From positions 56,980,001 through 57,044,000 of the forward strand of contig NC_045696.1 in the NCBI RefSeq assembly GCF_009834535.1: a stretch of DNA of 64,000 bases, read 5' to 3'. The position numbers and the translations under genes were made by a program. Shown here piece after piece: positions 40,372-54,447 of this stretch. How positions within the stretch are numbered: position 1 is the stretch's first letter; each line of letters begins with the position of its first letter. This DNA is from Camelus ferus. Lineage: Eukaryota. The notes under the pieces were generated by a model. It did not search any database and was not told the DNA's origin. It saw nothing but the letters and a program-made list of their open reading frames with translations.

Positions 40372-40495
40372 GCTATTCATTCAATTGATTGGCATCACGA
40401 GGGCAAACAGTTCATGTGCAGCCATTCAGATGGTAGCTTGACTTTATGGAACCTGAAAAGCCCAAGTCGTCCTTTCCAGACTACAATTCCACATG
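40372..40495 (+). CDS. STXBP5L: STXBP5L internal coding exon, 124 bp
   Basis: tttcattag|GCT ... CATG|gtaaga. Encodes AIHSIDWHHEGKQFMCSHSDGSLTLWNLKSPSRPFQTTIPH(G); phase 0-1. Confidence 0.97.
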
Positions 40496-41407
40496 GTAAG
40501 ATGTATGCTTTCAAAAGAAATGAATTCTAGAGGTGCAGTGCCTTTATTAGAAAGTTGGTATCATTATCATGAGAAAGAGATAACAGGGCATAGCTTCTGA
40601 TTCTGAATACCTCTTTATACCTCCTTCAGATCCCCACATTATGATCCAAAGTTTCTATAGTTCCCTTCTTCCTGTCTATCGATTTTCCTACATTGTTAAG
40701 TGATACCTATGTAGAGACTCTCCCAGCCAAAAACTGAATAATGGGATGGTTGATGTTTTTGAAGCAGAGGAGATAATATAGAATATTTGACCAATTTTAA
40801 AGGGTAAGATGCTAGTTAGAGAACGGTACTATATAGATCTGACTCTTACACCTGATTTCTATACTTCTTTAGAGTCTGTTATTTTCTAAATTCTCCCATT
40901 TATTTCTGTTTCTGCCACTTGATTCCATGACTACTGTGGTTTTTATCATAGGTTGTATTTATCTTATTATCTTCCTCATTGTAAGGAGGTATTTAAGATT
41001 TATGTTTCATCTGTCTTCCTAACTGGGTAGAATAAAATTTCAAATGTATGAATATCTTTTATTCAGAGACCATATTATTTTCCATGATATGGTGATGATG
41101 TGACTTCTGTGTTTATCTCATATCATTGGTTGTTTGTAAGAATAGAGAGGTCAAAATGTAGAGGTTAATCAAATACATTCTATTTCATAATTTCTGGGAA
41201 TTTGTTATAGTTTCACATTGAGAAAATAATGTTATGTTTTAATAATGGATGACCCATAAGTCAAAAGGTGGAATTATTCCATCTTGGGTTGGTCTGCCAT
41301 TTTTTGTGGCACAGTTGCATGTTCCATCTGCAAATGGTTAAATTATTGCAACATTTAACCTAATATTTTACTTAGAGATTATTTTACTTTTAGAGAGTTA
41401 GAGATGT

Positions 41408-42715
41408 TTTATTTATTTATTTAAATTGAAGTATAGTTGATATACTAATACTATTTGTATTAGTTTCAGGTGTACAACATAGTGATGCAATATTTTTATA
41501 GATTATAGTCCATTTAAAGTTATAAAATAATATGTATATTTCTCTGTGCTGTACAATATTCCTTATTGCTTATTTATTTTATACATAATAGTTTGTATCT
41601 CTTAATCTCATACCCCTAATTTGCTCTTTCCCCCTTCCGTCTCCCTTTGGGAACTGCTAGTTTTTTCTCTATATCTGTGAGTCTGTTTCTGTTTTGTTAC
41701 ATACATTTGTTTGTTTTATTTTTCAGATTTTACGTAAGTACCAACATAGAATATTTGTCTTTCTTTGCCTTATTTAACTTAGCGTAATACTCTCTGGGTC
41801 CATCATGTTTTTGCAAATGGCAGAATTTCTTTTATATGGCTGAGTAATATTCTTTATTGATCCATCTATTCATGGGTATATACCATAAACATTTAAAAGA
41901 GAATACAGGCAGAGCACTATGATGTAAATTGCAGAAATTTTTTTTGGATCTATCTCTTAAGGCAAAATAAGTAAAAGCAAAAATAAACAAATGGGACCTA
42001 AAACTTAAAAGCTTTCTCACAGCAAAGGAAACCAATGACAAAATGAAGAGACAACCTACTGAATGGGAGAAAATATTTGCAAATGATAAGGGGTTACTAT
42101 CCAAAATATATAAACAGCTCACACAACTCAATATCAAAAAAACCACAAAGTATCCAAATTTAAAAGGGCAGAAGACCTGAGCAGACATTTTTTTCCAAAG
42201 AAGACATACAGATGACCAACAAACACATTAAAAAATACTCAACATCACTAATCATCAGGGCAATGCAAATCAAAACCATAGTGAGGTATCACCTCACACC
42301 TGTCAAAATGGTATCATTGAAAAGTTTACAAATAACAAATATTGATGAGGAGTGGAGAAAAGGGAACTCTCCTACACTGTTGGTGGGATTGTAGATTGGT
42401 GTAGCAACTATGGAGGGTGTATGAAAGTTCCTTAAAAAACTAGAAATAGAGGGTGGGTAATAGCTCAGTAGCAGAGCGCATGCTTAGCAAGTATGAGATC
42501 CTAGGTTCTACCCCTAGTACCTTCACTGAAAAAAAGGAAAATAAAAACTAGAACTAGAAGTACCATTTGATCCAGCAATCCCACTCCTGGGTACATATCT
42601 AAAGAAAATGAAAACACTAATTCAAAAAGATACATGCACCTGAATATTCATAGTGACATTATTTACAGTAACCAAGTTATGGAAGCAACCTAAGTGCCTA
42701 TCAACAGATGAATGA
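41408..42715 (-). mobile_element. 5'-inverted (twin-primed) truncated L1: non-inverted 3' end 41408-41880, inverted ORF2 segment 41881-42715
   Basis: Orientation switches at about 41880; plus-strand frame [25 protein letters not shown]. Degraded TSD gatgttttattta (41403-41415) / gatgctttattta (42721-42733). Confidence 0.88.
42451..42542 (+). mobile_element. tRNA-derived camelid-type SINE (Vic-1-like), nested in L1
   Basis: tagctcagtagcagagcgc A box, ggttctacccc B box, A-rich tail. 16-bp TSD aaaaactagaaataga (42435-42450) / aaaaactagaactaga (42543-42558). Confidence 0.92.
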
Positions 42716-43129
42716 TTAACGATGCTTTATTTAAAGATTTCCATTATGGAAAACTTGGAGACGTGTTTATTATACATCCCACTCAGGTTTAAGTATTTGT
42801 TTTTAGGATGGGTACCCTTACTTCCCCCTCAAAATATCCTGTGTCTTTTATTGGCAAGTATGTCACGTGATTTATTCCTAAGTTCCTATTTACTTCCTTT
42901 TATTCTTCTCAACAGTCAACTTCTTCACAAGTTCTGTTTTATTTGATTTAATATTTGATACTTTCACATATTTTACTATATCCATGTTTATCTATTTGGA
43001 TTATTTTTTATAATTCTGTTTTCCTGTTGAAAGAGATGAAGTTTTGTTCACACGTTGTTGAAAACATCAGTATCTATGTTTCTTATAACATTTAGTTCAG
43101 ATTAAAGTCCTGCTACCTCACCGTGACAT

Positions 43130-43645
43130 AGTTCTTGTGATTTTGACAGTACAGGTATCCCTTGTCATATCTATTTACCTTTCATTTTGTTCCTTTTTGT
43201 TTCGGCTATTTTTATTTTCTAAAATAAATTTTTTTCTCTACCATTTTAGTTGTACCTTAAAATTTTTAATATGTGATTTCATTAATAATATGGAATTTTC
43301 ATTAATATTAGAGATATTTTTAACTCCTATTTTAATTCTCCTTATACCTATGAATTATTTAGACATGTCTTTCCTAATTTCTAAAAATGTTTTTTGTTAT
43401 AGCTTTTTAAATTATAGTCAGAGAATGTGGGATGATACTAGTTCTACAAAATTTACTGAGATTTGCTTTATTATTAGACATACACAATGAATTACCATGA
43501 AGTTCCAGGTATCCTTGAGAAGAATATACATTTCCTAACTGTTACACAAAGGTCAAACTTGAAATTGTTGCTTTTACTTTGTACTGTTTAAGTCTTTGCT
43601 AAGTTTTTTTTATTGCTTGACTTTTCAGTTCTGAGAGAAATAAGT

Positions 43646-43678
<33 letters not shown>

Positions 43679-44408
43679 TTACTAATATCTAAGTAAATAT
43701 CTATTATGATTTTTTTCTTGTAATTCTATTCATTTTTGTTTTTATAATTTAAAAATTAAACAGCTAAACATGGTTGATATTTTTCAGATCCTCTGTGATT
43801 TAACTCTGATGTTTGACTAGTAATCAATTTCTGAGAATGTGTATTAAAATTTCTTCATTATAGAGTTGTCTACTTTTCACTTTAATTCTGTCCTTTCTTG
43901 TTTCATATATTTTGATGCTTTATTATTAGGTAACCATCATGTCTCCTGTAGAAAGCATATAGTTGGGTCTTGCTTTTTTATTCGGTCATCTCATTTAGTT
44001 GGTATGCTTAGTCCATTAATATTAAATATAATTACTGATGAGATTAGCTTTAGGTATACTAGTTTATTATTTGCTTTCTGTTGGTTCTGTCTTTTTTTGG
44101 TGCCTTTTTTCTTTCCTTTTTGCCTCCTTTTGGATTATTTGATAGTTTTTATTATAATTATGTTTTAATTTACATATAGGCAATTTATCTTTACATAATC
44201 CTTTTTAATCAGTTGCTCTAGGAATTACAATATATTTCCTTAATTTTCCACATTCTATTAGAGTTAATTGTAACAATTTACATAAAATGTAGAAATTTCA
44301 GAGCCATATGTATATTTATCTACCTTTACCCACTGTCCTTTATACAATAGTAATCATATTTACAACATCTAAATACAATGTTATAATTTTTGCTTTAAAT
44401 AGTCTTAG
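43130..44408 (-). mobile_element. Old L1M fragments (endonuclease region/spacer)
   Basis: tccttgagaagaatatacatt and gtctcctgtagaaagcatatagttgggtcttgc motifs. Confidence 0.7.
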
Positions 44409-44409
44409 T

Positions 44410-47400
44410 ATTTTTTTATTGACATATAGCTGATTTATAATATTTTGTTAGTTTCAGGTGTGAAACTGACATAGTGATTCAATTATTTTTCAGATTATAT
44501 TATACTATTGGTTATTACAAGAAAATCCCTCTGCTATAAAGTCAATCCTTGTTGCTTTTCTATTGTATGTGTAGTAGTTTGTATCTGTTAACCCCATATT
44601 CTTAATTTGTTCGTCCCTGCCCCACTGTCTTGTTTGGTAACCATAAGTTTGTTTTCTATGTCTATGAGTCTGTTTCTGTTCTGTATGTAGATTCATTTGT
44701 ACTATCTTTTAGATTCCACATATAAGTGATATATAGTATTTGTCTTTCTCTGTCTGGCTTACTTCACTAAGTATAATGTTTGCTACAGAGTACAGGTCTT
44801 TTGCCTCCTTAGGTAGGTTTATTCCTAGGTATTTTATTATTTTTGATGCAATGGTAAATGGGACTATTTTCTTTCTCTTTCTGATGATTCATCATTAGTA
44901 TGTAGAAATTTAACAGATATCTCTATGTTTATTTTGTATCTAGCAACTTTACCAAATTCATTGATGGGATCTATCAGTTTTCTTGTAGCAGCTTTAGGAT
45001 TTTCTTTGTAGTATCATGTCATCTGCAAACAGTGACAGTTTTACTTCTTTTCGATTTGGATGTCTTTTATTTCTACTTCTTCCCTGATTGCTACGGCTAG
45101 GACTTCCAAAACTATGTTGAATAAAAGTGGTGAGTATGGGCATCCTTGTCTTGTTCCTGATCTTAGATAAAAATCCTTTCAGCTTTTTACTGTTGAGTAT
45201 GATGTTAACTGTGAGTTTGTCATATATGGACTTTATTATGTTATGCCCACTTTCTGGAGAGTTTTAATCATAAATGGATGTTGAATTTTATCAAAAGCTT
45301 TTTCTGCATCTATTGAGATGATCATATGGTTTTTATTCTTCAGTTTGTTACTGTGGTGTGTCACTGATTGATTTGTGGATATTGACAAATTCTTTTTCCC
45401 TAAGATAAGTCCTACTTGATCATGGTGTATGATCCTTTTACTGTATTGTTGGATTTGGTTTCCTAGTATTTTGTTGAGGATTTTTGCATCTATGTTCATC
45501 AGTGATATTGGCTTGTACTTTTGTCTTTCTTTTTTTGGTGATATCTTTGTCTGGTTTTGGTATCAGGGCTATGGTGGCCTCATAGAATGAGTTTGGAAGT
45601 GTTCCTTCCTCTGCAATTTTTTGGAGTAGTTTCAGAAGGATAGATGTTAACTCTTTTCTGAATGTTTGATACAATTCACCTGTGAGGCCATCTGGTCCTG
45701 GACTGTTGTTTGTTGGGAGTTTTAAAATTAATGATTCAATTTCAGTACTAGTAATTGGTCTGTTCATATTTTCTTTTTCTTCCTGGTTCAGTCTTGGAGA
45801 TTGTATGTTTCTAAGAATTTGTTCATTTCTTCTAGGTTGTCCATTTTATTGGTGTATAGTTTCTCATAGTAGTCTCTTATGATTCTGTGTATTTCTGATA
45901 TCAGTTGTAACTTTTCCTTTTTCATTTCTGATGTTACTGAGTCCGTTCCTTTTCTTCTTGGTGAATGTGGCTAAAGGTTTATCAATTTTTTTATCTTCTC
46001 AAAGAATCAGCTCTTCATTTCATTGATCTTTTGTTTTTTCAGTCTCTATTTTGTTTATTTCTGCTCTGATCTTTATGATTTCTTTCCTTCCACTAACTTT
46101 GGGTTTTGTTTGCCCTTTCTCTAGTTGCTTTAGGTGTAATGTTAGATTGTTAATATGATATTTTTCTTGTTTCCTGAGGTAATCTTGTATTCCTATAAAC
46201 AAACTTCCCTCTTAGAGCTGCTTTTGCTGTATCCCTTAGGTTTTGGATTGTTGTGTTTTTGTTTTCATTTGTCTCTAGGTCTTTTTTTGATTTTCTCTTT
46301 GATTTCTTCAGTTATCCATTGGTTATTTAGCAGCATATTGCTTAGCCTCCTCTACATGTTTGTGTTTTTTTGTAATTTTTTCTTGTAGTTGATTTCTAGC
46401 CTCATAGCATTGTGGTTGGAAAAGATGCTTGATATGATTTCAATCTCTTTAATTTACCAAGTCTTGCTCTGTGGTCCAGCATATGATCTATCCTGGAGAA
46501 CATTCCATGTGCAGTTGAAAAGAATGTATATTCTGCTCCTTTCAGATGGAATGCTCTATAAATATCAAGTTAAGTCCTTCTGGTCATTTAAGGCCTATGT
46601 CTCCTTATTGATTTTCTGTTTGGATGATCTGTCCATTGATGTAAGTGGGGTGTTAAAAGTCCCCCACTGTTATTGTGTTACTGTCAATTTCTCCTTTTAT
46701 GTTTTTTAACATTTGCCTTATATATTAAGGTGCTCCTTTGTTGGGTGCACTCCTCTGTCTTTCAGCTCACTAGTCTGTTCTCACTAGTCTACTATTGATT
46801 CCTTATTGTGTATTTTTGTATCAGTTATTATACTCTTCAACTCTGGTTGTTCTTTATATTTTCTAACTCTGTAGAAAACTTCTCACTCTGTGCATCCATT
46901 CTCCTCCTGAGTTCTTTGATCATCTTTACAATTATTATTCTGAACTCTTTCATGGGTAGATTACCTATCTCCATGTCATTTAGTTCATCTTCTGTGGTTT
47001 TATGTTTTTCCTTTGTATGAAACATATTCCTCTGCCACCTCTTTTTGTCTAAATTGCTATTTGTATTTTTATGTATGTGGGAGATTAGTTGTGTTTCTCA
47101 ACCTTGGGAAGTGACCCTCTGTAGGAGACATACCATGTGTCCCAGAAGTATACTCCTCTCATATCACACAAGGGCCAGGGGCCAGCTGGTCCCAGGGTAG
47201 TGTCTGGACTGCATTTGCAGACTCATTCCACAGGCTGTCAATTTGTAGTTTTCTTGCTTCTAGTGTCTGTCCCCTGGTGGGTGAGGCAGTTCTAGAGGTT
47301 GTGCAGGCTTCCTGGAGGGAGTGGCTGGTGCCTGCTCACTGGTGAATGGAGCTGAATCTTGGCTCTCTGGTGGGCAGGGATGTGTCTAGAGGTGGCTGTG

Positions 47401-48152
47401 GACTCAGAAAGTCCTTAGGCAGCCTGTTTACTGATGGGTGGGACTGTGTCCTTGCCCATTTAGTTATTTGGCCTGAAATGTCCTAGCACTGGAGCCTATA
47501 GGCTGTTGGGTGGGGCCCGGTCTTGGCACTAATTACCCAAGAATCAGCCATTAGGAGAGCTCATGCAAATGAGTGATCTCCAATATTTCTATCACTATCA
47601 TCTGTGTCCCCAAGGTGATTCACAGCTGTCTCCTATGTCCCCAGGAGACCCTTCAAGACCGAGGTAGGTCTGGCCCAGGCTCCTATCGAATTCCTGCTTC
47701 TGCCCTTGGTCCTGGTGTGCATAAGATTCTGTGTGCACGCTTTAAGGGTGAAGCCTCTATTTCCCCCAATCCTTTGGAGTTCCTTCAATCAAGCCCCACT
47801 GGCCTTCAAAGCCAAATACGCTTTGAAGGGGCCTCCTCTTCCCAGTGCTGGACCTCTGGGGTGGGGAGCCTGATGTGGGAGTCAGAACTCTCACTCCTGT
47901 GAGATTACCTCTGTAATTTAATTATTCTCATTTGTGGGTCACCTACTCAGGGTGTATGGGATTTGACTATATCATGCGTGTGCTCCTCCAACCCACTTGT
48001 GATTCTATCTTTATGTCTTTAGTTGTAGAAGATCTTTTCTAGTAGGTTCCACTCTTTACTGATGGTTTTTCTGCAGCTAATTGTGATTATTGTATGCTCA
48101 TCAGAGGAGATGAGCTCAAGGTCCTTCTACTCTGCCAGCTTAGTTGCTCTCC
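44410..48152 (-). mobile_element. L1 with both termini but two large internal deletions (junctions about 44783 and 46750)
   Basis: 3'UTR 44410-44780; RT/Z/endonuclease frames ([27 protein letters not shown]); ORF1 N-terminus (MFHTKEKHKTTEDELNDMEIGNLP); 5'UTR homologous to L1-A. Confidence 0.93.
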
Positions 48153-49130
48153 TTTGCTTTCATGCTCAAAGGGTGTTTTTGCTGGGTATATATTTCTGAG
48201 TTAACTCTTTGAATGTATATATTTTTAAGGTGCTGAACACTTAAAAGATGTTGTTCTACTGTCTTCTGGTTTACATAGTTTCTGAATGAGAAGTGTGTGG
48301 TATTTTGATTTTTGGTACTTCTGTATATAATGTGTCATTTTTGTCTGGCTAATTTCAGAAGGTTTTTATACCTTTTATTTTCAGCAATTTGTCCATGATA
48401 TAACTAGACTTGTTTTTTTCAATTTTATTCCATTTAGGGTTCTACCGAACTATGGACCTTCTAGAATTTAGAAATTTATATCTTTCACAAAATTTGGGAA
48501 ATTTTCAGCCTTTTATTTTTTGTATTTTTCTGTTCCATTCTCTCTTTCCTTTCCTTCTGGTACACCGGTTACCTGTCTGGTAAAATTTTTGATGTTCTCC
48601 CACATTTCTCTGAGCCTCTGTATTTTTTTGTCAGTCAATTTTTTTCTCTTTTCCTCTGTAATCTTTATTCAGCTATTAAGCCCATAAGTTAATATTTCAG
48701 ATTTTTTCACTTGCTACTTTTTAATATTTTCTATTTCTTTGCTGAGATTTCTTCTTTTCATTATTTTCCTTTTTTTCTTTAAATATTGAGCTTAGTTATA
48801 ATAACTGCTTTAAATATTTGATAATATCAATATCTGCTTCACTTTTTCTTTTAATCTTTTGTTGTTGTTAGTTTTGTTGTTTGTTTGTTGGTTGGTTTAT
48901 TTATTTATTTATAGGGAGGTACTGGGGATTGAACCCAGGACCTTGTGCATGCTAGGCACACACTCTAACCCTAAGCTATACCCTCCCCCCTTATCTGCTT
49001 CACTTTTAAGTTGTCCTCTGTTCATAATAATGGCCCATGTTTTCCTCCTTCTTCATATGTCCTATAATTCAGACTGTATTGTGCATACTGTGGGTGTTAT
49101 GTTGTATATACTATATAATATACTTTTGTT
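48153..49130 (-). mobile_element. Old L1M ORF1-region fragment (host of the SINE at 48847)
   Basis: tttttgctgggtata, ctactgtcttctgg and aaatttgggaaattttcagcc antisense ORF1 motifs. Confidence 0.7.
48847..48991 (-). mobile_element. tRNA-derived camelid-type SINE (Vic-1-like)
   Basis: Reverse complement reads ggggggagggtatagcttag...gtcctgggttcaatccccagtacctcc plus A-rich tail. Perfect 16-bp TSD tatctgcttcactttt (48831-48846 / 48992-49007). Confidence 0.95.
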
Positions 49131-49599
49131 GCCACCCCCTCCCTAGCCTAAAATGTCTCCTAAAATGAGAAATCCTACCTAAATTCATTATTTTTTACAA
49201 TTCAAAAATTCTTGTACTATAGAAGTAGGCTTTGTCTGAAACTCGGGTTATTGGACAATGATAAGAGTGAGGATCTCTACAGCCAGTGAGGTTAGATTAG
49301 TATCTGTTTCACTTGAGATTAGCATTGTGATGACATTGCCCTTGTAGCTGGTTTTCACTGGTGCTACAGTCATTGATTTTCTTTCACAATAAATGGTAAT
49401 GGTTCAAGTATCTATTCTTCAGTCACAATGCTCTCAGCTAAATGTATACATGAACACATATCTACACAAACCATCTTAATAGTGACATTGTTGCTTACAA
49501 ACAGGACAGAGGTGTCAAGAAATATCACTGATATTTGACATTTTCCTAAAAATACTATCAGGTGTAATTATACTTAAAAAAGAAAGAAGATACTTAAGA

Positions 49600-50030
49600 G
49601 TTTAGAAAGAGAGTTCAAAATCACAATTACTTTTTGATAATATAGTTGTACATCTGAAAAATAAAAACTTAATAGGAATACTATTGAGTATAACATGAGA
49701 ATTTTGTATATAAAACAATACAGTGGATGAATAGAACTATTTTAATTGACAGCCACCTACAGAAATATTTGGGAACAAATCTTAAAATAATAATGAGGCA
49801 TTATTTCTACTAAAGGACACAAAAGAAAACTTGAATAAATAAAAGAATACTCCATGCATGCATAGATAGATTCAATATTATAAAGATGTTTTGCTCCCCA
49901 CATATTAATGCAAAATTTAGTTTGTTGCAAAGAAAAATAATAGCAGGATTTTTAAAAATTAGATGAGTTTATATGTAGCAAAAATAAATATAAAAATAAG
50001 AAAATTATTTAAATAAGAAGTAATGGTCAA
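49600..50030 (+). mobile_element. Very old L1 (L1ME-like) ORF2 fragment
   Basis: aaaagaaaacttgaataaat...tactccatgcatgcatagatagattcaatattataaagatg. Confidence 0.6.
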
Positions 50031-50269
50031 TTATAGGCAGTTTGGAAGGTTAGTGCCCTATACGGTTCTTACTGTAATAAGTACAATTCTGAATACATAA
50101 ATATATATTTAAATTTTTAAAAATTTCATCTAGTTAACAAGCATAAAAAATAGAGTAAACTTTAAGGATCTCAAAAGACATTGTTAAACTAGAAACCCTG
50201 AGAGATAAATGGTAGAGATTTTGTTCTGAGGTTTTCTGCTACACTTTGGAGAAAAACTTAAAAAAAATA

Positions 50270-51685
50270 TTGACTTACTGAGATATAATTCACAATTTAC
50301 TGATTTAATGTGTATAGTTCATTGGTTTTTAGTATGTTCAACGTTGTGTAAGCATCAGCAAAATCTAATTTTAGAAAGTTTGTCACCCCAAAAGAAATCC
50401 CATAGCCATTAGCAGTCATTCTATTCCTACTCCTCCATCCTTAGGCAACCACTGAATTCCTTCTGTTCCTGTAGGTTTGCCTACTCTGGACATTTCCTAT
50501 AAATGTACTTGCACTATATGTGGTCTTTCATAACTGGCTTCTGTCACTTAGCATAATGTTTTCAAGGTTTATCCATGTTATATCATATTTAAGTATTTTA
50601 TTCATTTTCATTGGTGAATAATATTTCATTGTATAATTATATCACTTATATTTATTCATTCATCATTTGGTGAGCACTTGTATTGTTTCGACATTTTGAC
50701 TATTCTGAATAATTCTGTTATAAATGTGTATGTGCAAATTTTCATGTGGATGTATATTTTCATTTCTCTTGGGTATATACCCAAGGATGAAATTGCTGGG
50801 TCTTATGATCACTTTATATTTAATACTTAATGGAACTGCCAAATTGTATTCCAAAGAGTCCTCATGCTTTTACACTCCCACCAACAAAGTATTGGTTTCC
50901 GACTTCTGCATATCTTTATCAACCCTTGTTAAAATCTATCTACTTGATTATAGCCATCCTGGTATGGATGCAGTCATATCTCACTGTGGTTTTGATTGGC
51001 GTTTCCCTAATGACTAAAGGTGTTGAGTCTGTGTGTGTGCTTATAGCCCATTTTTGTGTATTCTTTGGAGAAATTCAGTTGTTTTTCCTATTTACATTTG
51101 AGGGTTTTCTTTTTAAATACGGAATTCTAACAGTTCACTATATATTCTGGATATGCATCTCTTATTAGATATATGATTTGAAAATATTTTCACCCAGAAT
51201 GTTGTTTTTTCACTTTCTTAATGGTGTCCTTTTAAACATGAAATTTTTAATTTTGATAAAGCTCAGTTCACCTGTTTTTGGTTTTATTATTTGTGCTTTT
51301 ATTGTAGTATCCAAGAAATAATTGCCTAACTCAAAATCACAAAAATTTATTCTCATGTTTTCCTCTGACAATTTATAATTTTACCTCTTATATTTAGGTC
51401 TATGATTCATTTTGAGTTAGTTTTTATGTATGGTGTAAGGAAGGGGTTTGGCTTCATTCTTTTGCATGAGAATATTCTATTGTCCCAGCACCATTTGTTG
51501 AAAAGATTATTTACCCATTGAATTATGTTGGCACCATTACTGAAAATTAATTTACCAAAAACAGTAAGAGTTTATTTTTGTATTTTCAGTCCCATTCCAT
51601 TAATATTTATGCCAGCACCACCGTGTCTTGATTACTGTAGATTTTGGTAGGTTTTGGAATAAGCAAATGTGAGTACTCCAACTTC
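50270..51685 (-). mobile_element. Old L1 (L1MB-like) 3' portion
   Basis: gagatataattcac 3'UTR terminus; aggcaaccact; ttgtcccagcaccatttgttgaaaaga. Confidence 0.85.
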
Positions 51686-52179
51686 AAACTTGAACTTTTC
51701 CTCTGACAGCTCCACGGGGTGTGATAGAGGGGAGTCGATAAAATCTAGAGGCCTACTTGAGGTGGATAATCTAATAGGAAACTTGTGTAAAGCCTATACT
51801 GAAAGTGGTTGTGCAGTCAGTGCAGTTAGTTAACTAGAAGTGAGTTCTACCTTTCAAAAATGCACAAAAGTAAAACTCGATTGCCTACATCAAAACTAGG
51901 GCTTAATAGGAGGGGGAAAAGCAACCTGAGAACTGCTAACCAGAAAACTGCCTTTAAAGTGCTAGTGTGTGCTGCAAATTTACATTACCTGTCCTAAGAA
52001 GGAGATTTTAATTTTGTTAATTTATTCAACTTTAGAATTTTTATGCTGTAAAAAACCTTTGATCATTTTATAAATCATCTCTGTACCTAATAATGCTTGT
52101 TGTCTTAAATCATTTTGTCTGAAAATAAAAATGGCTATACTAGTTTTCCTTTGGACAATATTTGCCTGATACATATAGT

Positions 52180-54100
52180 TTTAAGGACAATTTTTAGAGC
52201 AAAATTGAGGAAATAGAAATATTTCCTATAAAACCTCCCGCCCCCAACACATCAATACTCTCTTCCATTATTACCATCCCGCATGAAAGTGGTACATTTA
52301 TTATATTCTGATGAACCTACATTTATACATCATAATCACCCAAAGTCCAAAGTTTACCTTCGGTTTCACTTTTGATATTGTATATTCTATAGGTTTGGAC
52401 AAATGTATAATGACATATATCCATTATCCTAGTATCATACAAAGTACTTTTCATGCCCTCAAAATCCTCATGCTCTGCCTATTCACCTCTCCCCTACCTC
52501 CATCACCTACAACCCCTGACATTTTACTTTCTCCATATTTTTGCCTTTTCCAGAATGTCATATGGTTGGAATCATACAGTATGTATCCTTTTCAGATTGT
52601 CTTCTTTCACTTACTAATACACATTTAAGGTTTCTGCATGTCTTTTGTGGCTTGATGGCTCATTCTTTTTAATGCTGAATATTATTTCATTATCTAGTTG
52701 TACCATCATTTATTTATCCATTCCCCTACTGAAGGACATCTTAGTTGCCTCTAAGTCTTGGCAATTTTGAATAAAGCTGCTGTAAACATTCATATGCACA
52801 TTTTTGTTGGACATACATTTTCAGCTCCTTAGGGAAAATACCAAGGAGTGCAATTGCTGGATCCTATGTTAAGAGTATTTTAGTTTTGTAGGAAATTGCC
52901 AAATTGTCCAGTCTTCCAAAGTAGTGTACCATTTTGCATTCCCACAAGCAGTGAAAGAGTTCCTGTTGCTGCACATACTTCCCAGCATTTTATATTGTCA
53001 GTATTCCAGATTTTGGCCATACTATTAAGTGTGTCATGGTATCTCATTTTTGTTTTAATTTGCATTTCCCTTATAACATATGATAGGGAGCATCTTTTCA
53101 TATGCTTGTTTGCTATCTGTATATGTTCTTTGGTGAGGTGTCTATTAAGATCCTTGGCTTATTTTTATTGGGTTGTTTGTTTTTCCTATTGTTGAGTTTT
53201 AAGAGTTCTTTGTAAATTTTGGATAATAAGTGCTAATCATCTGTGTCTTTAGCAAATATTTTTCCCAGTCTGTGGCTTGTCTGTAATTCTCTTGTCTTCC
53301 ATAGAGCAGTTTTTAATTTTAATGAACTCCCACTTACCATTATTTTTTTCATGGATTATGTCTTTGCTGTTGTATCTAAAAAGTCATTGCCATATCAAAA
53401 GTCAGCTAGGTTTTTTCCTATGTTATCTTCTAGGAGTTATGTAGTTTGTGATTACACAAATTGTTCTGTGATCCATTTTGAGTTAATTTTTGTGAAAGAT
53501 GTAAAGTCTGTGTCTAGATTCTTTTTTTTTTTTTTTTCTTGTAGGTGTCTAGCTGTTCCAGCATCATTTGTTGAAAAGATTATCTTTGCTCCATTGTATT
53601 GCTTTGGCTCCTTTGTCAAAGATCACTTGGCTTTATTTATGAAGGTCTCTTTCTGGGATCTCTGTTCTACTACAGTCATCTCTTTGTCTATCTTTCCTTG
53701 CATTGTTTTGATTATTGTAGCTTTATAGTAAGTCTTGAAGTCCCAGTAGTTTCAGTTCTCCCACTTTGTTCTTCAATATTGTGTTGGCTGTACTAGATCT
53801 TTTGCTTTTCCATATAAACTGTAAAATCAGTTTGTTGGAATCCACAAAACAACATGCTGGGAAATCAATTGGGATTGCATTGAATCTTAGACCAAGATGG
53901 GAAAAACTGACATCTTGACAGTATTGAGTCTTCCTATCCATGAACATGAAATGTCTCTCCATTTATTTAGTTCTTTGATTTCATTCATCAGAGTTTTTTA
54001 GTTTTACTCATATAGATCTTGTACTTTTTTGGTAGACTGTTAGACTTATACCTAAGTATTTCAGTTTTTGGATGCTAATATAAATGGCATCGTGTTTTTT
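52180..54100 (-). mobile_element. Old L1 (L1MC-like) 3' portion
   Basis: 3'UTR gtggtacatt...gatgaacctaca...atcacccaaagtcca; minus frame [22 protein letters not shown]. Confidence 0.88.
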
Positions 54101-54301
54101 ACCCTCCTCCAGCACGTTTTGTGTTTTTGATGTTATATTTTACATCTTAATGCTTATCCTTTAGCTTTTTTTTTGTAATTATAATTGATTTTACAACATT
54201 TGTTTTTTAATCTTTGTACTAGCTTATTTAAGTAGTTGATCCACAGCCTTTACTATATATTCATCTTTACCATTGGAATTTTTCCATTTCTGTAAATTCT
54301 T

Positions 54302-54447
54302 TTTTTTTTTAACATTTTTTATTGAGTTATAATCACTTTACAATATTGTGTCAAATTCCAGTATAGAGCACAATTTTTCAGTTACACACGAACATATATA
54401 TATATACACACACAATGTCACATTTTTTTCTCTGTGAGCTACCATAA
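54302..54447 (-). mobile_element. Very short young L1 3' end (~146 bp)
   Basis: Poly-T plus the same 3'UTR as 841. Perfect 16-bp TSD atttctgtaaattctt (54286-54301 / 54448-54463). Confidence 0.95.

Noticed and set aside
42451..42525. tRNA gene (A and B boxes)
   Set aside because: A-rich tail, 16-bp TSD and two related copies show it is a tRNA-derived SINE.
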